NCBI RefSeq assembly: GCF_006345805.1
Contig: NC_043002.1
Coordinates: 93,186,001-93,250,000, forward strand
Direction of reading: 5' to 3'
From: Octopus sinensis
Taxonomy: Eukaryota
Length of the DNA: 64,000 nt
Part shown: positions 25,975 through 38,545 of the stretch, piece after piece
How positions within the stretch are numbered: position 1 is the stretch's first letter
Layout of the letters: each line of letters begins with the position of its first letter
Notes under the pieces: model-generated
Told to the model about the DNA's origin: nothing
The model's input: the letters and a program-made list of their open reading frames with translations, nothing else
Database searches by the model: none
Position numbers and translations under genes: made by a program

Positions 25975-28900
25975 AATGTTCCTCTTCTGAAATCATTTCC
26001 TTGTTACCCTGTTTATCGAAGTGACGAGGTTCCTAATGCTTCAAGCTGAGCTGTGGTCCAAGCCAAACCCATGACAAAATGAGGAGACATAGAATAAAGA
26101 CGAGGAGGAGAGAGTCAGTGCCAACAGACCCGTCACCCACTGGTTGTTGTATAAGCTCTATGACCAGACACTGACCACTACCAATGTCGGCTTCTATGCG
26201 AAGGCAGCGGAAAATGCCATTTAAACAGTTTCTCCATCAAAGAGCTGCATATTGGCCATTTAAGTTGACCATCTATTAATGAGATATTGTTAATTACAAC
26301 AACTCATTTTCACTCTAAATTTAATTTGGTAAAATAGGTGCATTGCTGAGGGAATTTATTATTTTTTTTTTTTTATAATTATTTATTCATCTATTTTAAG
26401 AAATTTTACTTTTTTTTTCAGTTTTCCCCCAAATCTTCATTCATTATCATTGTGAAGGAATTGCAGTTTCTCATTTTTATTTATTTTTAGAATAATTACT
26501 TCATTATTGCTTTCTAATTGTCATACAAAAAAAAAATCTATAATGCATTGATGTATTTGTGAGACTTTGGTTTATTTGAATTACTAGCATAAAGTAATTA
26601 TTAGGCTTCCTATTTAAGCCAATTTGGCAACTGTGGCAGTTTATGTCATTGTCAAGAATATACTTCATAGACTGATGGACCTATTGACACACCCTGGTCG
26701 TTAAGTTGCTGTGTGTTACAGTTTGTCACTTAATGGAATGACTTACTAGGCAGCATAATGAACCTCTGCATGTCCATGACTTGATGACCCATGCCTTTGC
26801 ACCAGTGGCTGTATTTGATGTATGCCTTGTCATCAAGTCATTTGATCAAACTATTGAAGGAATTTAAGCCAAATGTCCTGCCCTAGAGAAAACAATCCCT
26901 AAGTATTATTAATCAAATAACAGATCTCTAAATTACTTATTCCCCAGATATACTATGACCAGTCTTGGCATTGGATTTATCTTTTACAGGTCAAAATCAT
27001 AACAGAATGATCTGACATTATTAAGATTAATCTTTAAACAGTGAGTAATTATGAAATTCCTGTTAACCAATTAAGTAATATTTACCAATGACAGGCTGAT
27101 GAAATCTCAGGTATTCTCTTAACCATTCTTTTAGTATCTCATATGAAATACTTCTGTTAACAGCAAAAATGGTCAGGCAGCTTGACGTACAATCAGCTGT
27201 TCTCAGATGCAATCACACTTTTAAATTGTCTTCAATCACTTGTTCTAAATTTTATTTCTGATCTTCTGTGAATCATAATTTTGGATTTTAGTAGCATCTT
27301 TATTGATCTACATCCAAAATCTAATACATCTGGTTGCATCAAACCAAATATTGATTTATGGTAAATTCCAGTATTGCATTATAATGATAATAAAAACACA
27401 GTGGCTGTAGGGCTACAGTGCTAGACTATCAGTCACCAGTTCAACAGATCAAATCCTGATACAGCTGTTCTATTATCCTTTGTCACTAAACTAAAAAAAA
27501 CACGACACATGCTACTCCTATTTATGGTTGAAATTTAAGATTAGAAATGTCATTGAATTGTTTAAAAAGAAATTGAACAAAGTCATCCAATATTGCTAGC
27601 TGCATGGAAAGGACAGAAAGAAAAAATCCTTTTAAAAATTGTAAAATTCACTTTTATAATCACAATTTTAATTAATGGTACACTTCCACATGAATTGGAC
27701 GTGTACACTGAATTGTTTCTTCATTTCTCTTCCTAAACCACTCTTGAATGTTTAGCATTTTTTTTTTATCTCTCACTGTTATAATATCCTGACACCCTCC
27801 ATTGAAAACAAATAGAGACATCAATGATATTTTGCTTTTTAACCTTAAATATAAATCCTTTTTGAAACAAAGAAGAATTGGTTCTATAAAAACCGTGAGA
27901 TTCTTTTTTTTTTTTTTATTTCTCTTGTTAAACTCTTGGCAAATATAAAGAATCAAAAACAAAAGCATTATATATAATATATATTTCTCACCTGTCTACC
28001 CATGCCTACATGGACAATGATAAGAATTATGAAATACTTTCAAAAATGTTTTCATTTTAATATGTACAGAAATGCTTGATAAAGAATATTTCTCAGTGAT
28101 ATGGTTTAGAAATATTACCAAAGTTATGCAATGGTTTTGCTGAGAAAAAAATCAAACCAGTGCTCATTCAAGCTATCCTCCAAATGGACCTATTCTAATT
28201 CACTTTGGCTGCCACTGGTTCTTTTTGAGGTTTTTTGTAGTCTTTAGCCCGAATATTTTAACATTGTTAGTGCTTGTAACAGGGTGAATGAAATCAAGAA
28301 AATAAATTAACTGTAAGATGTTGGTAATTAGGTGCAGCCTATCCAGTTGCACAATTTGAACGTACGTTAATTCCTGTTTGAAAATATTCAATAACGAATG
28401 CACTGCATTCTCTTGTTTTTGGTCATGTAGGTTCTTTATGTTTGCCAAATTTTCTTTTTTGACAACTGCCATTATGAACTTCTGTTGTTTCAGTTTTATA
28501 AAATGTTAAAGTTTAATTGATTATTAAAAGAAAATTATTATAATAAGAACATGTGTAAACAAACAGAGAAAATAGGGCGAGAAGACGTGGAAGCTGAAGT
28601 AAATTATTTTAGTATAATTAAAATGATCTCATCTACATGACATAGAAATGTAAGTTTATGTAACTTTAAAATGGTGCAGTGGCAGTAGCTTGATAGTAAA
28701 GGGAAATCGGTTTAATTTCCATATTACCCATAGTATTTCTTATTCAATCCTGTTTGTTTACACATGTTCACATTTAATATTTACAAATAAAAATCATTGA
28801 AAAATCTTGGCTCATTTACATATGCATTTTGAGGATAAAAATATTTTAATATATGACACTGTTGAAAATTAAAATATCTAATTTTAGATTATAATTTTGA

Positions 28901-30467
28901 AAAGAGAAAAAAATCCTTTTAATAAAAAGAACAAAACATTTTTCTACAATTGGTGTGCCTGCCTTAAATCCAAAATTTATACAAACCTGACATTTATGTA
29001 TAGAAATAAGCATACAAAATATTTGCACACACACACACAGACACTTAAATATTAGTTTATTGATCTTTATATATTCAAACAATGTTGCTGTAACTTGTCC
29101 AGTTCCAATCTAATCTCAGGCTTTCCCATTTCTTTTATCTTCTCTGTTTTTTTGAGTTTTCTGAAAATTGAAAGGAGACTTTAAAGCAAGGGAAGGGTGG
29201 GGATCAAAGAGAAATGTTTATTACCATTTAAATGGGTTTGCTTATTTAAAACCTTAACAGCCAAAAGAAGACAGCAGACAAATATGTGACTCTGGTGTAA
29301 ACCAGTTGCCACTCAACGCACACTAGTATGCTATACAGAGAACTACATGAAAAAGAAGAGATAAATCTATTTTCTAGTCTTATAATAATAATAATTTGTT
29401 TTTAAATATTTATTAGGTTTGTCTTTAACAGAAATAGTTAAATTTCAACACATCCAAAGAAGCCGTGTGAGATATAATCTTAACATTGTTGATGGAATTT
29501 TTGTTGTTATAAATTGATTTTCATTGTCAGTGATAGCATGTTGCCTTCATTTTTTATTGGCAATCTTCTGTTTCCCTGCTATATCTCAGGCATATTGCCT
29601 AAGTATCATTATTATTTTTATTGTAATTATTATTATTGTTAGGGGTTAAAGTAAATGGATCCTCTGTTGGTTTTGACATTATGTGGTGTACTGGGCAGAA
29701 ACAGAGCACCAAACTAAATGGCTTACATTATTTATTCTAATTCTCTATCTTCACTTTCAAATCTTGCCAGGGTCTATTGTTACCTGTGATCCTTCTGGAA
29801 TTAACAGAATAATTACCATTCAAATATTGGGTTGATTTCACTTTCCCTCCTTCCAAAATTGTGGCCTTCTGCTAAAGTTGAAATAATTATCTTATATAAC
29901 AATAGGCCCCTTACTCCTGATTCTTTTGTTCATTAATGCTACAGGCATTGTAATGTGTCCTTGATATAGAAACTTCTCTCTCAACCTTTATCATAGGTTA
30001 AAAAAAAAACAAAAAAGACTTTGAAATCAAGAACTAATGTTTGTTCATCAATTTGTCTCAGATACTCAAATGTATTTTTGTTTCAACTCTAAAATTGAAA
30101 CAAAGAAATCCTTAGTAACATTAAGCAGATGGCCATAGATGCCCTATGCTACATAATCTGGTGCTTCACTGTTCTGTATTCAAATTCCGTGTGGATTTCA
30201 TCTTGCATTTCACCCATCTGGAAATCAATAAAAACATCAACCCCCATGAATTCTCCAGTTATAAGCAAGATCACTTGTTCTACGATATCAAACCTATTAC
30301 CTCACCATTCTATGTAATGGTATGACTTTAACCAGAAGGAAGTACAATCAGTAAACACAGTATTATAACACAGCATATTCAGATAAGTAAATAACTTAGT
30401 ACCAAACCATACTTCCCAATTTTCTTGCATCCTACATTCATTATTCTCTTTATACAGTATGAATAAA
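25975..30467 (+). other. SMG6: Putative SMG6 3' UTR (end undetermined)
   Basis: Follows the stop codon. AATAAA at 26093, 28786, 28921, 30227 and 30462. No recognisable young SINEs until decayed copies at about 29.6 kb. Confidence 0.4.
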
Positions 30468-31499
30468 AAGATGTTCATCCATTTTTATCGGTATTTTAAG
30501 TTCTAAAAACTTCATAGTTGTGGATTGAGCTCTTGTTAATGGCTGTAGAAAATTCCAAGTCATTTATAGAAAATATATTTGGGTTTATTTAGTTTGTGTG
30601 AGCAATGTTGAAAAATTACATCTTAGCCTTGTAAAATGGTAAATATTATTTTGATTTAAAAATCCCTGTCTCTGTCATCAGTTGATCAAAGTAATTAGTG
30701 TGTGCATTCATTAAATTTTTAAACTGCTAGATTATTGAAAATTTTATCAATTGAGTTTGAGTTAATTGTTTCTAGATAACTTAGATAAATTTTATGTTTA
30801 AACTATTACTGTTTAGAACCTTTTACTTAAAAAGATGTAACTTTTATGATTTTGAAAACTTTTTTTTATATTTTTAATTAATACTGCTTTGCAATCGCTT
30901 CTTAAAGAAAGTTGATCAGTGACTTAGTGCCTAAAGTATAGTCACAAATTCATAGTTCTTTTTATCACTAACTTTTATGTACAGTTTGTGTGAGCCCCAA
31001 AAATGTCTACCTCTGTGTGTATGTGTGAGAGAGAGAGAGAGAGAGAAACAGACTGTGTGTGTGTGTCTGTGTATGCACTTACATTTTTTTTTATAATCCC
31101 CAAAGGATCTCCAACTTGTGGCCTGCAGACAATATATGCATGTGGAGGTATATTTATGCTGTCCTTAAAATATTTATAATTGCAATAACATTGACAACGT
31201 GTTGTTGCCTGTGTTTATACTCTATTCAGAGTATGTCTGCGATGTTAAACATGGGTACCTTAGATGCATTCTAAAGTACATAGCATTTATTATTATTATT
31301 CTTTATTCCATATTTTAAATGTCCATTGAATTTTTTCTTCTTCCTCATTTCATCAGTTTACTTACTTGCAAAAATCCACTCAGAATTTGCATTTTTTAAA
31401 AGTAAGTTTATTAAATTCTGTATTGCTGTATGTTTGGCTATAACCCTCCTTTTAAACATTACCTAATTCTGAAAACACACACACACACATATATAAATA

Positions 31500-31547
31500 T
31501 CTATCTATATATATATATATATATATCTGTATGTATATATATATCTG

Positions 31548-31597
<50 letters not shown>
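31500..31597. repeat. (TA)n microsatellite
   Basis: Direct inspection. Confidence 0.95.
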
Positions 31598-31599
<2 letters not shown>

Positions 31600-31737
31600 A
31601 GTAGGTGAATGAATTATCCTAGTATGGATAATTCGGTTAATCGATACCTGGGTAGCAAATTTACGTCAGAAAACACAGTTGAAGCTACATGCCAAGGGCA
31701 AAACCCCGTGTTCCTGTGTGGAAATTTGTGTTTTTTT

Positions 31738-32129
31738 TATATGAATAAATGAAAAGAATGAGGCGAACGAAGATTTTAACAATATTCCTTTACTTTCGAC
31801 ACATGTTTCGAAGACTGCATATTCTTAATTCCGAAGGAATAAAGTGTGCATTATTAATACTTCCTCCTTCCAACCAATTTTGACGTCATTGCTAATAACG
31901 GATAATTTTAAAAAAAAACACTCATTATCACTGTGGACACAATGTAGGCAGTCATCAAAAAGCTTTTGTTCGTCGTGAGACTGATAGAGGCTCCTTGTCT
32001 TTCCTGAAGAGAAGACGGCATAATGCACACTTTATTCCTTCGGAATTAAGAATATGCAGTCTTCGAAACATGTGTCGAAAGTAAAGGAATTTTGTTAAAA
32101 TCTTCGTTCGACTCCATTCTTTTCATTTA

Positions 32130-32137
<8 letters not shown>
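31738..32137. mobile_element. Inverted-repeat element, probably Penelope-like pLTR with a truncated inverted copy
   Basis: Arms of about 117 bp (31738-31854 and 32020-32137), nearly identical, with a 165-bp spacer. Contains the hammerhead and ends in (TA)n. Confidence 0.6.
31992..32088 (+). ncRNA. Type I hammerhead ribozyme (Penelope-like/retrozyme type)
   Basis: Stem I 31992-32003/32077-32088; CUGAAGA 32004-32010; stem II 32011-32022/32053-32064; GAAA 32065-32068; stem III AC-AUGU-GU; GUC triplet with predicted cleavage after 32076. Confidence 0.85.
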
Positions 32138-32168
<31 letters not shown>

Positions 32169-32191
32169 ATATATATATATATATGTATGTG

Positions 32192-32222
<31 letters not shown>

Positions 32223-32340
32223 ATATATGTATGTATGTATGTGTGTGTATATATATATATATATATGTATATGTGTATATATATCTATATCTATATGTAT
32301 GTATGTATGTATATATCTATATCTATATGTATGTATGTAG

Positions 32341-32371
<31 letters not shown>

Positions 32372-32826
32372 TATATCTATATGTATGTATATGTATGTAT
32401 ATATATATATGTATGTATATGTATGTGTATATATATATATCTATATGTATGTGTATATATATATATATATGTATGTGTATATATATATATCTATATGTAT
32501 GTGTATATATATATATATGTATGTGTATATATATATATATGTATGTGTATATTATATATCTATATGTATGTGTATATATATAATCTATATGTGTATGTGT
32601 ATATATATATATCTATATGTATGTGTATATATATATATGTATGTGTATATATATATATCTATATGTATGTGTATATATATATATGTATGTATATATATAT
32701 ATATGTATGTATATATATATATATCTATATGTATGTGTATATTATATATATATATATATATATGTATGTGTATATATATATATATGTATGTATATATGTA
32801 TGTATGTATATATATATACATGTATG

Positions 32827-32877
<51 letters not shown>
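32131..32877. repeat. Compound (TA)/(TG)/(TC) micro/minisatellite, about 750 bp
   Basis: Recurrent units such as atatatatat(ct)atatgtatgtgt. Confidence 0.97.
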
Positions 32878-35343
32878 ACCTGCTGTTGTAACAGAGTATT
32901 GATTCCAATAGGTTAAATGATGCTGTGAAAATTGAAACTTCTTGAGATATTTAATTTATTTAGTTATTGCAGTCTCTTGGAGGTGAAAGAAGCTGTTTTA
33001 TTATTGCTTTTTGGGAAGGGGGTAGGGCTTGTCTCATTTGTTGAAATAGAGGTTTGCAAAGCAAGCCCTTAATTAAAAGGTGTAACAAAAGGTGTGATGC
33101 CAAAATGCCTTTTTATCTATAACTGCCAAGTATTTTCTATTCAGAAGCTTCCTCGAATTAACTAGAGTTAATTTTTTATTCGCTTTCTATAAAAATTTGC
33201 TGTGCTATTGTATGTTGAAGCACTCTCTTCTCCGTCTTTTGCATACAGACACTTCAAAAACCCAATACTATGTCCCCCCAACTTTTAAATGTCATATAAG
33301 CCCATACTGTCCCTTCTGATGAGTCTGTTGAACTGCCATTCTCTCAAAGCACTAATTTACCAAACTGCCATGTTTTTATTTATTTAATATTTTGAGTTTT
33401 TGCGGGGTTTTTTTTTCTTTAATGCCAAAATATAATTCCTTCCATAAATGTTTCTTTTATTTCTTTTTGAAACAAAATTCTTACATGGCTATGATCTCTG
33501 TACTTATGAAGAATTATTCATACACACACACACACACACAAACATACTCTTACATACACATATACACATGTGCATGTGTACAATGAAGTTGCTTGCATAT
33601 AAGGAAGGCAATTTGATAAATTGCCAGCCTCACTTAGAATTACTTACAATCAGAAGTTGATTGGAATTATATGCTAATTTCGTGTAATGCCATAAACATG
33701 ACAAAGATTTTTAAAAAGTGGGTTTGCTATTAAAACCCTTTTTAAAACTTGCTTCACAGATGATGATTGTTTCAATAGTTACTGTGTCATCACAGTAATA
33801 GGTTAGTTTCTACAAACAATGACATCATTATATAAAATAGGCATTTACTAACTTGATTCCTTACTAAAGAGCTGGTCTCTTTAATAATAATAATAATAAT
33901 AATGATGATGATGACTACCTACCAAGTTTTGTTCCTTTCTATTCTTGTGCTATTGAACTACGAAATAATAATAGTGTGATTTTGATGAATTAATTACTAT
34001 AGGTTTACATTAATTAGCTTTTGATTTCTATTGATTGATTCCAGCTAGACTCAGACAATTCTTTGATATTTCTATCACACATTTCCCCACCCACTTTATG
34101 AATTTATATATTTTTTTTTAAATTTGTGATTTGATTAAAAAAGTAATAAAAGAATGTAATGTTTTCTTTTTCCTTTTCATTCTGTTTTTTTTTGTTTTTT
34201 TTTTAATATTTAATTTCATTGTGTGTTGGAGAAAGCTTTAAATGGGACTGCTGAGTTGGATATGATATCAAGGGAATGTTTGTATATCAGCAGCCCCTGA
34301 AGTAGAATTAAACACTGATTAAATGGCTCCTTGAATTTCAGAAAAACACTAATCTGACATCATCATCGTCATCATCATTTAATGTCCACTTTTCCATGCT
34401 TGCATGGGCTGAATGAAATTTGTTGAGACAGATTTTCTACAGCTTCTTGTCTCTTCTTGTCAGCAACCCTCACCTGTTCCCCAGTGAAGTAATATTCCCC
34501 ACAACCAAACATGTTTACACAGAAGATTGGGAATGAAGGACCCCTTTGCATGACAGTCACATTTGTTTACAACTGTTACATGAAGCCAAGGCAAGGAAAC
34601 AGTAACACACACATACACACACACATGCACATACACATGATATGTACATATATGGAGTGGCCCTTTTTTAATTTTCATCTACCAAGTCCACTCACAAAGC
34701 CCCAGGTGGCCTAGGGCTATAGAAGAAGACACTTGCCGAAGTTGCCACACAATGGGACTGAACTTGAGATCATGTGGTTGGCAAGCAATTTTTATCACAC
34801 AGCTATGCCTAGGCCTATATATTTATGTAATTAGAATATAGAACATTGTTTAAGATATTTTGGTTGAATAAGTAACCAGAATGTCTGTTAATTGCTTTTC
34901 ACATTGTTTTATATTCTCTAATTACACATCTTGTTAGCTGAGAAATTGTAATACCTCTTTGTACCATGATATATCCTGACATCACCACCATCTTCTCTCC
35001 TTTTCCATCTGGGGTAGCTATGAATCTCCTCAGCAAAATACTTGTCCCTATCCCTAAATCATACTCTTGCCTCTCAACACCTGGTATAAGCCACCTCCCT
35101 CAATATTACACCCACCTCAGTCAAGGGGTCTTGTTTTGAGAGCAACTTAGTGACCTCACTACTGCCAGTGACATGAAAAAGTACCCAGTTTACTCTGCAA
35201 AGTGGTTTGATGACAGGAAGGGCATCCTGCCACAGAAATTATGCCAAAAAAGACATTGGAAGCTCACATAGTCCTCTGTCCTGCTTGATCCTATCAAACT
35301 GTCCATCTCATACTATTTGATGATGATGATATATCATGTGAAG

Positions 35344-35580
35344 GGCGGCGAGCTGGCAGAAACGTTAGCATGGTGGGCAAAATGCTTAGCAGTATTTCGT
35401 CTGCCGCTACGTTCTGACTTTCAAATTCCGTCGAGGTTGACTTTGCCTTTCATCCTTTCGGGGGTCGATTACATAAGTACCAGTTACGCACTGGGGTCGA
35501 TATAATCGACTTAATCCGTTTGTCTGTCCTTGTTTGTCCTCTCTGTGTTTAACCCCTTGTGGGTAGTAAAGAAACAGGTA
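35344..35580 (+). mobile_element. tRNA-derived SINE with Nin/Deu-like central domain
   Basis: GGCGGCGAGCTGGCAGAAACG head and GACTTTGCCTTTCATCCTTTCGGGGTCGAT core. Confidence 0.85.
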
Positions 35581-36362
35581 TATCATGTGACTGACCAGAC
35601 AATTAGATGTTAGACATCACTGGTCACAATGTGCTTTGAATTGTTTTAACTTTTGAATGATGCCACCCTGCTGGCTCAGTGAGCCAGCTAGTGTTCCCCC
35701 TGATCAGAAGGCTAGTCCATTGCAGGGTTGCTCATTTAAAACTGAGTGGACTGGAGCAATGGGAAATGAAGTGTTTTGCTCAAGAACACAACGTGCAACC
35801 AGTCTGGGAATGGAAACCACTATCTCACAATTGTGAATGCAACATGCATAACCAGTAGGCCTGGTGAAGGCACATGGCTCAGTGTATAGAGTATCAGGTT
35901 CATGATCATGAGGTAGTGAGTTCAATTCCTGGACCGTGCTGTGTTCTTGAGCAAGACACTTTATTTCATGTTGCTCCAGTTCACTCAGCTGTAGAAATGA
36001 GTTTTGACATCACTGGTGCCAAGCTGTATTGGCCTTTGCCATTCCTTTGGATAACATCGGTGGTGTGGAGAAGGGAGGCTGGTATGCATGGGCAACTGCT
36101 GGTCTCCCATAAACAACCTGGCCCAGACTTGTGCCTTGGAGGGACCAGCCCCTGCCGGAGCCTCATGGAGCTTTTAGGTGTTTTCGCTCAATAAACACTC
36201 ACAACGCCTGGTCTGGGAATCAAAACTACGATCCTCTGACCGTGAGTCCGCTACCCTAACCACTGGGCCATTGCGCCTCCATATATATATATATATATAT
36301 ATATAACCCATGCTAGCATGGAAAACGGACGCTAAGTGATGATGATGATATATATAAACCCA

Positions 36363-36527
36363 AAAGAAATAATCAATATAAGACTTAGTTTATTAATCAA
36401 ATAAATTTCATTAAATATGAAATAAAAGGATAATCCATTTTAACATCCAGTCTGCTTCATTTCATTTATTTGATGAAATTTATTCAACTTTGATTAATAA
36501 ATTAAGTCTTATATTGATTATTTCTTT
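36363..36527. repeat. AT-rich fold-back (MITE-like)
   Basis: Outer 39 bp inverted with one mismatch. Further pairing continues inwards with small indels. Confidence 0.8.
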
Positions 36528-36747
36528 ACATACTTTCATACCTATATGATTTAAAAATTTGTAAATAATGTATGAGGAAAAAACAGAAATCTATGGATAA
36601 AATTCCTATTAAAGGACAAACATACATTCTTCCGGATAAATATATAATATATTTACGGGTTGGACGAACCCATATATATATATATTATATATTCATCCAA
36701 CCCATGCTAGCATGGAAAACGGACGTTAAATGAAGATGATGATAATG

Positions 36748-36781
<34 letters not shown>

Positions 36782-36846
36782 AGTGGATTTCAGTTTTCAT
36801 CAACCAAATCCACTCAAGACCTTGGTTAGCCCAGGACTATAGTGGA

Positions 36847-37223
36847 AGCACTCCGTCAGTTACGACGACGAGGGTTCCGGTTGATCCGATCAACGGAACA
36901 GCCTGCTCATGAAATTAATGTGTAAGTGGCTGAGCACTCCACAGACACGTGTACCCTTAACGTAGTTCTCGGGGATATTCAGTGTGACACAGAGAGTGAC
37001 AAGGCTGGCCCTTTGAAATACAGGTACAACAGAAACAGGAAGTAAGAGTGAGAGAAAGTTGTGGTGGAAGAGTACAGCCGGGATCACCACCATCCCTGCC
37101 GGAGCCTCGTGGAGTTTTAAGTGTTTTCGCTCAATAAACACTCACAATGCCCGGTCTAGTAATCGAAACCGCGATCTTACGACCGCAAGTCCGCTGCCCT
37201 AACCACTGGGCCATTGCGCCTCC
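36847..37223 (-). mobile_element. tRNA-derived SINE (OR-like), nested in another SINE
   Basis: Same head as 22335. Flanked by the direct repeat CCCAGGACTATAGT at 36830-36843 and 37225-37238. Related copies at about 36140-36281 and 3621-3961. Confidence 0.85.
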
Positions 37224-38166
37224 ACCCAGGACTATAGTAGAAGACAGTTGGCCAATATTTTAATATGTGGGAAAACTGACAAGGTATTGGTACCATTCAA
37301 AAACAGACCAATAAAATCTATTGCATAGAAATAAGTATATTTATTCACTTATATATATGAAGTCTTCCTAACTTAACAGCTTTGAAGATGGCAAAATGAG
37401 TGGCCAAAAGATCATTTAAATTTTTTTCTTCTCTTTATATACCATCATCATGAAGGATGGGGCCAACTGTAATTTATCAAATCTGAAAGAATGAAAGGCA
37501 AAGTCAACATCAGTGGGATTTGAACTCAGAGTACAGAGTATCACATCAATACTGCAAGTCATTCTCACTGATGCTCTTCTAAGAATTCTGGTACTTAAGT
37601 GTTCAGCCTAGGAGCAATGGAATGCCTACAACAGGAATGTATTTGCAACTAAGGAAATGGCAATCTTAATACATTTATTTATTACACAGCAAAATTCAGA
37701 ATAATGTTACCAATACAAAATTCAAGTTTTGCATTAGAAGTAGCTCAATAATTTAAGCATTATCACATACTTCAGCATTTGATAACGTTTACATCACTGA
37801 GCTATTTCTAACACAAAATTTGAATTTTGTTCTACTTAAGCAGCACTTTTTCACATCAACAAATAGAATTTATGCTATTTGTATATACTTTTAGATAACT
37901 GTTGCAGACTCGTTTCCAAAGTAGGCCAAGTTCACAACACTGATGATGAGAAAAAAAACTACCATATATTGTTCTCATTCATTTCTGGGGTGATTTTGTT
38001 TTGCCTAGCTTTGAAGTGTACTGAGTTTTTTAATGCTATATGTCTTTAAAGGATCCTCCCTTAAACAAAACACTACAGCTACATGTATTTAACAACACAC
38101 TCAATAAGTATGTAATATTGATAATGCTACTAGTATTAACAATATTTATAGCTATTGTGGTAGTGC

Positions 38167-38545
38167 TTCATCATCGTTTAACATCCACTTTCCATGTTAG
38201 CATGGGTTGGACGGTTCAACTGGGGTCTGGGAAGCCAGGAGGCTGCACCAGGCCCAGTCTGATCTGGCAGTGTTTCTACAGCTGGATGCCCTTCCTAACG
38301 CCAACCACTCCGTAAGTGTAGTGAGTGCTTTTTACATGCCAGGCGAGGCTGGCAACGGCCACGATCTGTTGGTGCTTTTTATGTGCCACCGGCACGGAGG
38401 CCAGTCGGGGCAGTGCTGGCAAAGGCCATGTTCGGATGGTTCTTTTATGTGCCACCAGCACTGGTACCACAACTACAATTTCCATTGATTTTTGAGCGAT
38501 TTCGATTTCGATTCCAATTTCACTTGCCTCAACAGGTCTTCGTGG
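38167..38545 (-). mobile_element. (TGA)n-tailed retroposon, antisense
   Basis: Starts catcatcgtttaacatccactttccatg. Same family at about 10075-10287, 39249-39700, 44813-45165, 50444-50670 and 63581-63775. Confidence 0.8.

Noticed and set aside
25972-26051. Stop-codon readthrough extension of SMG6
   Set aside because: Context is TGA-A, not the leaky TGA-C(TA), and the 25 downstream codons have no recognisable features.
32092-32916. Long ORFs up to 242 aa (Y/I/M/C/V-rich)
   Set aside because: Translations of the (TA)/(TG) microsatellite. The same applies to ORFs at about 44036-44375, 54750-55104 and 60141-60432.
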